NCBI GenBank assembly: GCA_964016885.1
Contig: OZ024765.1
Coordinates: 19,468,001-19,532,000, forward strand
Direction: 5' to 3'
From: Eledone cirrhosa
Taxonomy: Eukaryota
DNA length: 64,000 nt
The first letter of the stretch is position 1, and the number at the start of each line of letters is the position of its first letter. Positions 52,458 to 64,000 of this stretch are shown here, one piece after another. Under the pieces are notes generated by a model. That model did not search any database. It had not been told where the DNA came from and was given only the letters and a program-made list of their open reading frames with translations. A program made the position numbers and the translations under genes.

Positions 52458-55400
52458 AATATATATTATAGTACTGTATAGACGGGTATAGTGTTTTACT
52501 GGGGTTTCCTGCGGCCATGCTGGGATAATATATATTATAGTACTGTGTAGACGGGTATAGTGTTTTACTGGGGTCTCCTGCGGCCATGCTGGCATAATAT
52601 ATAGTATAGTACTGTATAGACGGGTATAGTGTTTTACTGGGGTTTCCTGCGACCATGCTGGCATAATATATAGTATAGTACTGTATAGACGGGTATAGTG
52701 TTTTACTGGGGTTTCCTGCGGCCATGCTGGCATAATATATATTATAGTACTGTATAGACGGGTATAGTGTTTTACGGGGGTTTCCAGCGACCATGCTGGG
52801 ATAATATATAGTATAGTACTGTATAGACGGGTATAGTGTTTTACTGGGGTTTCCTGCGACCATGCTGGCATAATATATAGTATAGTACTGTATAGACGGG
52901 TATAGTGTTTTACTGGGGTTTCCTGCGGCCATGCTGGGATAATATATATTATAGTACTGTATAGACGGGTATAGTGTTTTACTGGGGTTATTGCGGCCAT
53001 GCTGGGATAATATATATTATAGTACTGTAGAGACGGGTATAGTGTTTTACTGGGGTTTCCAGCGGCCATGCTGGGATAATATATATTATAGTACTGTATA
53101 GACGGGTATAGTGTTTTAGTGCGGTTACTGCGGCCATGCTGGGATAATATATATTATAGTACTGTATAGACGGGTATAGTGTTTTACTGGGGTTACTGCG
53201 GCCATGCTGGGATAATATATATTATAGTACTGTATAGACGGGTATAGTGTTTTACTGCGGTTACTGCGGCCATGCTGGGATAATATATATTATAGTACTG
53301 TATAGACGGGTATAGTGTTTTACTGGGGTTTCCTGCGGCCATGCTGGGATAATATATATTATAGTACTGTAGAGACGGGTATAGTGTTTTACTGGGGTTA
53401 TTGCGGCCATGCTGGGATAATATATATTATAGTACTGTATAGACGGGTATAGTGTTTTACTGGGGTTATTGCGGCCATGCTGGGATAATATATATTATAG
53501 TACTGTATAGACGGGTATAGTGTTTTACTGGGGTTATTGCGGCCATGCTGGCATAATATATATTATAGTACTGTATAGACGGGTTTAGTGTTTTACTGGG
53601 GTTATTGCGGCCATGCTGGGATAATATATATTATAGTACTGTATAGACGGGTATAGTGTTTTACTGGGGTTATTGCGGCCATGCTGGGATAATATATATT
53701 ATAGTACTGTAGAGACGGGTATAGTGTTTTACTGGGGTTATTGCGGCCATGCTGGCATAATATATATTATAGTACTGTATAGACGGGTTTAGTGTTTTAC
53801 TGGGGTTACTGCGGCCATGCTGGGATAATATATATTATAGTACTGTGTAGACGGGTATAGTGTTTTACTGGGGTTTCCTGCGGCCATGATGGGATAATAT
53901 ATATTATAGTACTGTATAGACGGGTATAGTGTTTTACTGGGGTCTCCTGCGGCCATGCTGGGATAATATATATTATAGTACTGTATAGACGGGTATAGTG
54001 TTTTACTGGGGTTTCCTGCGGCCATGCTGGGATAATATATATTATAGTACTGTATAGACGGGTATTGTGTTTTACTGGGGTTTCCTGCGGCCATGCTGGG
54101 ATAATATATATTATAGTACTGTATAGACGGGTATAGTGTTTTACTGGGGTTTCCTGCGACCATGCTGGGATAATATATATTATAGTACTGTATAGACGGG
54201 TATAGTGTTTTACTGGGGTTTCCTGCGACCATGCTGGGATAATATATATTATAGTACTGTATAGACGGGTATAGTGTTTTACTGGGGTTACTGCGGCCAT
54301 GCTGGGATAATATATATTATAGTACTGTATAGACGGGTATAGTGTTTTACTGGGGTTTCCAGCGGCCATGCTGGGATAATATATATTATAGTACTGTATA
54401 GACGGGTATTGTGTTTTACTGGGGTTTCCTGCGACCATGCTGGGATAATATATATTATAGTACTGTATAGACGGGTATAGTGTTTTACTGGGGTTTCCTG
54501 CGACCATGCTGGGATAATATATATTATAGTACTGTATAGACGGGTATAGTGTTTTACTGGGGTCTCCTGCGGCCATGCTCGGATAATATATATTATAGTA
54601 CTGTATAGACGGGTATAGTGTTTTACTGGGGTTTCCTGCGGCCATGCTGGGATAATATATATTATAGTACTGTATAGACGGGTATAGTGTTTTACTGGGG
54701 TTTCCTGCGACCATGCTGGGATAATATATATTATAGTACTGTATAGACGGGTATAGTGTTTTACTGGGGTCTCCTGCGGCCATGCTCGGATAATATATAT
54801 TATAGTACTGTATAGACGGGTATAGTGTTTTACTGGGGTTTCCTGCGGCCATGCTGGGATAATATATAGTATAGTACTGTATAGACGGGTATTGTGTTTT
54901 ACTGGGGTTTCCAGCGGCCATGCTGGGATAATATATATTATAGTACTGTATAGACGGGTATAGTGTTTTACTGGGGTTTCCTGCGACCATGCTGGCATAA
55001 TATATAGTATAGTACTGTATAGACGGGTATAGTGATTTACGGGGGTTTCCAGCGACCATCATGGGATAATATATATTATAGTACTGTATAGACGGGTATA
55101 GTGTTTTACTGGGGTTACTGCGGCCATGCTGGGATAATATATATTATAGTACTGTATAGACGGGTATTGTGTTTTACTGGGGTTTCCAGCGGCCATACTG
55201 GGATAATATATATTATAGTACTGTAGAGACGGGTATAGTGTTTTACTGGGGTTTCCTGCGGCCATGCTGGGATAATATATATTATAGTACTGTATAGACG
55301 GGTATTGTGTTTTACTGGGGTTTCCAGCGGCCATACTGGGATAATATATATTATAGTACTGTAGAGACGGGTATAGTGTTTTACTGGGGTTTCCTGCGGC

Positions 55401-58303
55401 CATGCTGGGATAATATATATTATAGTACTGTATAGACGGGTATTGTGTTTTACTGGGGTTATTGCGGCCATGCTGGGATAATATATATTATAGTACTGTA
55501 TAGACGGGTATAGTGTTTTACTGGGGTCTCCTGCGGCCATGCTGGGATAATATATATTATAGTACTGTATAGACGGGTATAGTGTTTTGCTGGGGTTATT
55601 GCGGCCATGCTGGGATAATATATATTATAGTACTGTATAGACGGGTATAGTGTTTTACTGGGGTTACTGCGGCCATGCTGGGATAATATATATTATAGTA
55701 CTGTATAGACGGGTATAGTGTTTTACTGGGGTTACTGCGGCCATGCTGGGATAATATATATTATAGTACTGTATAGACGGGTATAGTGTTTTACTGGGGT
55801 TATTGCGGCCATGCTGGGATAATATATATTATAGTACTGTATAGACGGGTATAGTGTTTTACTGGGGTCTCCTGCGGCCATGCTGGGATAATATATATTA
55901 TAGTACTGTATAGACGGGTATAGTGTTTTACTGGGGTCTCCTGCGGCCATGCTGGCATAATATATATTATAGAACTGTATAGACGGGTATAGTGTTTTAC
56001 TGGGGTCTCCTGCGGCCATGCTGGGATAATATATATTATAGTACTGTATAGACGGGTATAGTGTTTTACTGGGGTTTCCTGCGGCCATGCTGGGATAATA
56101 TATATTATAGTACTGTATAGACGGGTATAGTGTTTTACTGGGGTCTCCTGCGGCCATGCTGGGATAATATATATTATAGTACTGTATAGACGGGTATAGT
56201 GTTTTACTGGGGTTATTGCGGCCATGCTGGGATAATATATATTATAGTACTGTATAGACGGGTATAGTGTTTTACTGGGGTCTCCTGCGGCCATGCTGGG
56301 ATAATATATATTATAGTACTGTATAGACGGGTATAGTGTTTTACTGGGGTTATTGCGGCCATGCTGGGATAATATATATTATAGTACTGTATAGACGGGT
56401 ATAGTGTTTTACTGGGGTCTCCTGCGGCCATGCTGGGATAATATATATTATAGTACTGTATAGACGGGTATAGTGTTTTACTGGGGTCTCCTGCGGCCAT
56501 GCTGGGATAATATATATTATAGTACTGTATAGACGGGTATAGTGTTTTACTGGGGTTATTGCGGCCATGCTGGGATAATATATATTATAGTACTGTATAG
56601 ACGGGTATAGTGTTTTACTGGGGTCTCCTGCGGCCATGCTGGGATAATATATATTATAGTACTGTATAGACGGGTATAGTGTTTTACTGGGGTCTCCTGC
56701 GGCCATGCTGGGATAATATATATTATAGTACTGTATAGACGGGTATAGTGTTTTACTGGGGTCTCCTGCGGCCATGCTGGGATAATATATATTATAGTAC
56801 TGTATAGACGGGTATAGTGTTTTACTGGGGTTATTGCGGCCATGCTGGGATAATATATATTATAGTACTGTATAGACGGGTATAGTGTTTTACTGGGGTC
56901 TCCTGCGGCCATGCTGGGATAATATATATTATAGTACTGTATAGACGGGTATAGTGTTTTACTGGGGTCTCCTGCGGCCATGCTGGGATAATATATATTA
57001 TAGTACTGTATAGACGGGTATAGTGTTTTACTGGGGTCTCCTGCGGCCATGCTGGGATAATATATATTATAGTACTGTATAGACGGGTATAGTGTTTTAC
57101 TGGGGTTATTGCGGCCATGCTGGGATAATATATATTATAGTACTGTATAGACGGGTATAGTGTTTTACTGGGGTCTCCTGCGGCCATGCTGGGATAATAT
57201 ATATTATAGTACTGTATAGACGGGTATAGTGTTTTACTGGGGTCTCCTGCGGCCATGCTGGCATAATATATATTATAGAACTGTATAGACGGGTATAGTG
57301 TTTTACTGGGGTCTCCTGCGGCCATGCTGGGATAATATATATTATAGTACTGTATAGACGGGTATAGTGTTTTACTGGGGTTTCCTGCGGCCATGCTGGG
57401 ATAATATATATTATAGTACTGTATAGACGGGTATAGTGTTTTACTGGGGTCTCCTGCGGCCATGCTGGGATAATATATATTATAGTACTGTATAGACGGG
57501 TATAGTGTTTTACTGGGGTTTCCTGCGGCCATGCTGGGATAATATATATTATAGTACTGTATAGACGGGTATAGTGTTTTACTGGGGTTTCCTGCGGCCA
57601 TGCTGGGATAATATATATTATAGTACTGTATAGACGGGTATAGTGTTTTACTGGGGTTTCCTGCGGCCATGCTGGGATAATATATATTATAGTACTGTAT
57701 AGACGGGTATAGTGTTTTACTGGGGTTTCCTGCGGCCATGCTGGGATAATATATATTATAGTACTGTATAGACGGGTATAGTGTTTTACTGGGGTTTCCT
57801 GCGGCCATGCTGGGATAATATATATTATAGTACTGTATAGACGGGTATAGTGTTTTACTGGGGTTTCCTGCGGCCATGCTGGGATAATATATATTATAGT
57901 ACTGTATAGACGGGTATAGTGTTTTACTGGGGTTTCCTGCGGCCATGCTGGGATAATATATATTATAGTACTGTATAGACGGGTATAGTGTTTTACTGGG
58001 GTTTCCTGCGGCCATGCTGGGATAATATATATTATAGTACTGTATAGACGGGTATAGTGTTTTACTGGGGTTTCCTGCGGCCATGCTGGGATAATATATA
58101 TTATAGTACTGTATAGACGGGTATAGTGTTTTACTGGGGTTTCCTGCGGCCATGCTGGGATAATATATATTATAGTACTGTATAGACGGGTATAGTGTTT
58201 TACTGGGGTTTCCTGCGGCCATGCTGGGATAATATATATTATAGTACTGTATAGACGGGTATAGTGTTTTACTGGTTTTACTGCGGCCATGCTGGGATAA
58301 TAT
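52458..58303. repeat. 69/68-bp satellite (~85 copies)
   Basis: Unit gcggccatgctgggataatatatattatagtactgtatagacgggtatagtgttttactggggtttcct. Confidence 0.99.
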
Positions 58304-61300
58304 GAACTCCCTGGCCCTAGACTAAGGCCATGCTGGTCTAACTATAGATAATCTGGACTCCCTGGCCCTAGACTAAGGCCATGCTGGTCTAACTATAGAT
58401 AATCTGGACTCCCTGGCCCTAGACTAAGGCCATGCTGGTCTAACTATAGATAATCTGGACTCCCTGGCCCTAGACTAAGGCCATGCTGGTCTAACTATAG
58501 ATAATCTGGACTCCCTGGCCCTAGACTAAGGCCATGCTGGTCTAACTATAGATAATCTGGACTCCCTGGCCCTAGACTAAGGCCATGCTGGTCTAACTAT
58601 AGATAATCTGGACTCCCTGGCCCTAGACTAAGGCCATGCTGGTCTAACTATAGATAATCTGAACCTCCTCGCCCTAGACTACGGCCATGCTGGTCTAACT
58701 ATAGATAATCTGGACTCCCTGGCCCTAGACTAAGGCCATGCTGGTCTAACTATAGATAATCTGGACTCCCTGGCCCTAGACTAAGGCCATGCTGGTCTAA
58801 CTATAGATAATATGAACTCCCTGGCCCTAGACTAAGGCCATGCTGGTCTAACTATAGATAATCTGGACTCCCTGGCCCTAGACTAAGGCCATGCTGGTCT
58901 AACTATAGATAATCTGGACTCCCTGGCCCTAGACTAAGGCCATGCTGGGCTAACTATAGATAATCTGGACTCCCTGGCCCTAGACTTAGGCCATGCTGGT
59001 CTAACTATAGATAATCTGGACTCCCTGGCCCTAGACTAAGGCCATGCTGGTCTAACTATAGATAATCTGAACTCCCTGGCCCTAGACTACGGCTATGCTG
59101 GTCTAACTATAGATAATCTGAACTCCCTGGCCCTAGACTAAGGCCATGCTGGTCTAACTATAGATAATCTGGACTCCCTGGCCCTAGACTAAGGCCATGC
59201 TGGGCTAACTATAGATAATCTGGACTCCCTGGCCCTAGACTAAGGCCATGCTGGTCTAACTATAGATAATCTGGACTCCCTGGCCCTAGACTAAGGCCAT
59301 GCTGGTCTAACTATAGATAATCTGAACTCCCTGGCCCTAGACTACGGCTATGCTGGTCTAACTATAGATAATCTGAACTCCCTGGCCCTAGACTAAGGCC
59401 ATGCTGGTCTAACTATAGATAATCTGGACTCCCTGGCCCTAGACTAAGGCCATGCTGGGCTAACTATAGATAATCTGGACTCCCTGGCCCTAGACTAAGG
59501 CCATGCTGGTCTAACTATAGATAATCTGGACTCCCTGGCCCTAGACTAAGGCCATGCTGGTCTAACTATAGATAATCTGAACTCCCTGGCCCTAGACTAC
59601 GGCTATGCTGGTCTAACTATAGATAATCTGAACTCCCTGGCCCTAGACTAAGGCCATGCTGGTCTAACTATAGATAATCTGAACTCCCTGGCCCTAGACT
59701 AAGGCCATGCTGGTCTAACTATAGATAATCTGAACTCCCTGGCCCTAGACTAAGGCCATGCTGGTCTAACTATAGATAATCTGAACTCCCTGGCCCTAGA
59801 CTAAGGCCATGCTGGTCTAACTATAGATAATCTGAACTCCCTGGCCCTAGACTAAGGCCATGCTGGTCTAACTATAGATAATCTGGACTCCCTGGCCCTA
59901 GACTAAGGCCATGCTGGTCTAACTATAGATAATCTGAACTCCCTGGCCCTAGACTAAGGCCATGCTGGTCTAACTATAGATAATCTGAACTCCCTGGCCC
60001 TAGACTAAGGCCATGCTGGTCTAACTATAGATAATCTGGACTCCCTGGCCCTAGACTAAGGCCATGCTGGTCTAACTATAGATAATCTGAACTCCCTCGC
60101 CCTAGACTAAGGCCATGCTGGTCTAACTATAGATAATCTGAACTCCCTCGCCCTAGACTAAGGCCATGCTGGTCTAACTATAGATAATCTGAACTCCCTC
60201 GCCCTAGACTAAGGCCATGCTGGTCTAACTATAGATAATCTGAACTCCCTGGCCCTAGACTAAGGCCATGCTGGTCTAACTATAGATAATCTGAACTCCC
60301 TCGCCCTAGACTAAGGCCATGCTGGTCTAACTATAGATAATCTGGACTCCCTGGCCCTAGACTACGGCCATGCTGGTCTAACTATAGATAATCTGAACTC
60401 CCTGGCCCTAGACTAAGGCCATGCTGGTCTAACTATAGATAATCTGGACTCCCTGGCCCTAGACTAAGGCCATGCTGGTCTAACTATAGATAATCTGGAC
60501 TCCCTGGCCCTAGACTAAGGCCATGCTGGTCTAACTATAGATAATCTGGACTCCCTGGCCCTAGACTAAGGCCATGCTGGTCTAACTATAGATAACCTGA
60601 ACTCCCTGGCCCTAGACTAAGGCCATGCTGGTCTAACTATAGATAATCTGAACTCCCTGGCCCTAGACTAAGGCCATGCTGGTCTAACTATAGATAATCT
60701 GGACTCCCTGGCCCTAGACTAAGGCCATGCTGGTCTAACTATAGATAATCTGGACTCCCTGGCCCTAGACTAAGGCCATGCTGGTCTAACTATAGATAAT
60801 CTGGACTCCCTGGCCCTAGACTAAGGCCATGCTGGTCTAACTATAGATAATCTGGACTCCCTGGCCCTAGACTAAGGCCATGCTGGTCTAACTATAGATA
60901 ATCTGGACTCCCTGGCCCTAGACTAAGGCCATGCTGGTCTAACTATAGATAATCTGGACTCCCTGGCCCTAGACTAAGGCCATGCTGGTCTAACTATAGA
61001 TAATCTGGACTCCCTGGCCCTAGACTAAGGCCATGCTGGTCTAACTATAGATAATCTGGACTCCCTGGCCCTAGACTAAGGCCATGCTGGTCTAACTATA
61101 GATAATCTGGACTCCCTGGCCCTAGACTAAGGCCATGCTGGTCTAACTATAGATAATCTGGACTCCCTCGCCCTAGACTAAGGCCATGCTGGTCTAACTA
61201 TAGATAACCTGAACTCCCTGGCCCTAGACTAAGGCCATGCTGGTCTAACTATAGATAATCTGGACTCCCTGGCCCTAGACTAAGGCCATGCTGGTCTAAC

Positions 61301-63400
61301 TATAGATAATCTGAACTCCCTGGCCCTAGACTAAGGCCATGCTGGTCTAACTATAGATAATCTGGACTCCCTCGCCCTAGACTAAGGCCATGCTGGTCTA
61401 ACTATAGATAATCTGAACTCCCTGGCCCTAGACTAAGGCCATGCTGGTCTAACTATAGATAATCTGAACTCCCTGGCCCTAGACTAAGGCCATGCTGGTC
61501 TAACTATAGATAATCTGAACCTCCTCGCCCTAGACTACGGCCATGCTGGTCTAACTATAGATAATCTGAACTCCCTGGCCCTAGACTAAGGCCATGCTGG
61601 TCTAACTATAGATAATCTGAACTCCCTGGCCCTAGACTAAGGCCATGCTGGTCTAACCATAGATAATCTGAACTCCCTGGCCCTAGACTAAGGCCATGCT
61701 GGTCTAACTATAGATAATCTGAACTCCCTGGCCCTAGACTAAGGCCATGCTGGTCTAACTATAGATAATCTGAACTCCCTGGCCCTAGACTAAGGCCATG
61801 CTGGTCTAACCATAGATAATCTGAACTCCCTGGCCCTAGACTACGGCTATGCTGGTCTAACTATAGATAATCTGAACCTCCTCGCCCTAGACTACGGCCA
61901 TGCTGGTCTAACTATAGATAATCTGAACTCCCTGGCCCTAGACTAAGGCCATGCTGGTCTAACTATAGATAATCTGAACTCCCTGGCCCTAGACTAAGGC
62001 CATGCTGGTCTAACTATAGATAATCTGAACTCCCTGGCCCTAGACTAAGGCCATGCTGGTCTAACTATAGATAATCTGGACTCCCTCGCCCTAGACTAAG
62101 GCCATGCTGGTCTAACTATAGATAATCTGGACTCCCTGGCCCTAGACTAAGGCCATGCTGGTCTAACTATAGATAATCTGGACTCCCTGGCCCTAGACTA
62201 AGGCCATGCTGGTCTAACTATAGATAATCTGGACTCCCTGGCCCTAGACTAAGGCCATGCTGGTCTAACTATAGATAATCTGGACTCCCTGGCCCTAGAC
62301 TAAGGCCATGCTGGTCTAACTATAGATAATCTGGACTCCCTGGCCCTAGACTAAGGCCATGCTGGTCTAACTATAGATAATCTGGACTCCCTGGCCCTAG
62401 ACTAAGGCCATGCTGGTCTAACTATAGATAATCTGAACTCCCTGGCCCTAGACTAAGGCCATGCTGGGCTAACTATAGATAATCTGGACTCCCTGGCCCT
62501 AGACTACGGCCATGCTGGTCTAACTATAGATAATCTGGACTCCCTGGCCCTAGACTAAGGCCATGCTGGTCTAACTATAGATAATCTGGACTCCCTGGCC
62601 CTAGACTAAGGCCATGCTGGTCTAACTATAGATAATCTGGACTCCCTGGCCCTAGACTACGGCCATGCTGGTCTAACTATAGATAATCTGGACTCCCTGG
62701 CCCTAGACTAAGGCCATGCTGGTCTAACTATAGATAATCTGGACTCCCTGGCCCTAGACTAAGGCCATGCTGGTCTAACTATAGATAATCTGGACTCCCT
62801 CGCCCTAGACTACGGCCATGCTGGTCTAACTATAGATAATCTGGACTCCCTGGCCCTAGACTAAGGCCATGCTGGTCTAACTATAGATAATCTGGACTCC
62901 CTGGCCCTAGACTAAGGCCATGCTGGTCTAACTATAGATAATCTGGACTCCCTGGCCCTAGACTACGGCCATGCTGGTCTAACTATAGATAATCTGGACT
63001 CCCTGGCCCTAGACTACGGCCATGCTGGTCTAACTATAGATAATCTGGACTCCCTGGCCCTAGACTAAGGCCATGCTGGTCTAACTATAGATAATCTGGA
63101 CTCCCTGGCCCTAGACTAAGGCCATGCTGGTCTAACTATAGATAATCTGGACTCCCTCGCCCTAGACTACGGCCATGCTGGTCTAACTATAGATAATCTG
63201 GACTCCCTGGCCCTAGACTAAGGCCATGCTGGTCTAACTATAGATAATCTGGACTCCCTCGCCCTAGACTAAGGCCATGCTGGGCTAACTATAGATAATC
63301 TGGACTCCCTGGCCCTAGACTACGGCCATGCTGGGCTAATTTGGGTTAACTTTAGATAATCTAAACCCCTGGCCTTTGACTACGGCCATGCTGGGTTAAC
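58304..63400. repeat. 51-bp satellite (~100 copies)
   Basis: Unit gaactccctggccctagactaaggccatgctggtctaactatagataatct. Confidence 0.99.
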
Positions 63401-63483
63401 CTAACCCTCACTCCACTCCACCTTAAAGGGTTTCATTTAGTCAATCGTATCAACTATCGACGCCAAAAGACGATTAAGTCGAA

Positions 63484-63695
63484 CCCCAGTGTATTACTGG
63501 TACTTTATTTTATCGACCTTTGTAAGGATGAAAGGCAAAGTTTAACGATCTCGCCCAGGTTAACTTTGCCTTTCATCCTTACGGCGTCGATAAAATAAAG
63601 TACCAGTAATGCGCTGGGGTCGATATAATAGACGCCCCCCTCCCACCCCCCTTCGTCAAAAGAATTGTTGGCCTTGTGCCTAAATCAGAAACTAT
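63484..63695. mobile_element. Inverted pair of SINE family B core fragments
   Basis: 63484-63542 is the reverse complement of ~63561-63619; the right copy continues into the ttggccttgtgcctaaa tail. Confidence 0.75.
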
Positions 63696-64000
63696 TATTA
63701 TTATTTTTGTTTGTCGATCCGCTAAGTTGGGACGTAAACACACACACACACGAGTGTATGTCTTTGTGTGTATGGGGGGGGGGGGGGGCTATATTGGATC
63801 TCCGTCGGTTCCGACGACGTGTGTTTCAGTTGTTCGACCAATGGAAACATCCTGATCGCGAAAATTAACGTGCAAGTGCCCGAGCATTCTGCAGGCACAT
63901 GTAGCCTTAATGTGGTTCCAACAAAGAAGCCCCTGACCGACATAGTAGCTTCAACTGTTAGAACTAGCAGCCAAATAAATATTCCTCAAATCACAGGAGC

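Noticed and set aside
52429-58290. 23-aa repeat proteins (MAAGNPSKTLYPS...)
   Set aside because: The unit length of 69 is divisible by 3 and frequent 68-bp variants shift the frame; satellite artefact.
52458-63400. HDV-like ribozyme hint (cccagcatggcc, cctcctcgc) in the satellites
   Set aside because: Only short word matches; I could not build a nested double pseudoknot.

Overview
Eukaryotic, AT-rich, repeat-dominated genomic DNA. The SINE families and (TA)n richness suggest an octopus or other cephalopod (inference). Large satellite arrays sit at both ends: a 71-bp unit at 1-16.3 kb and 69/68-bp then 51-bp units at 52.5-63.4 kb. Between them are one intact protein gene (an intronless, short SRRM2/Cwc21-type ORF at 40247-41308), two tRNA genes (Arg-TCT, Gln-TTG), many tRNA-derived SINEs, decayed RTE, CR1 and CRE-like non-LTR fragments and a mariner-like MITE. 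The most notable signal is about a dozen minimal type-I hammerhead ribozyme (HHR) motifs of about 8 sequence families between 20 and 48 kb. Many lie in short, ORF-less fold-back insertions with a one-sided 3' tail, embedded in (TA)n tracts, which matches Penelope-like element (PLE) pseudo-LTR ends. Nearly all ORFs in the supplied track are repeat artefacts. All structures were folded by eye and boundaries are approximate.
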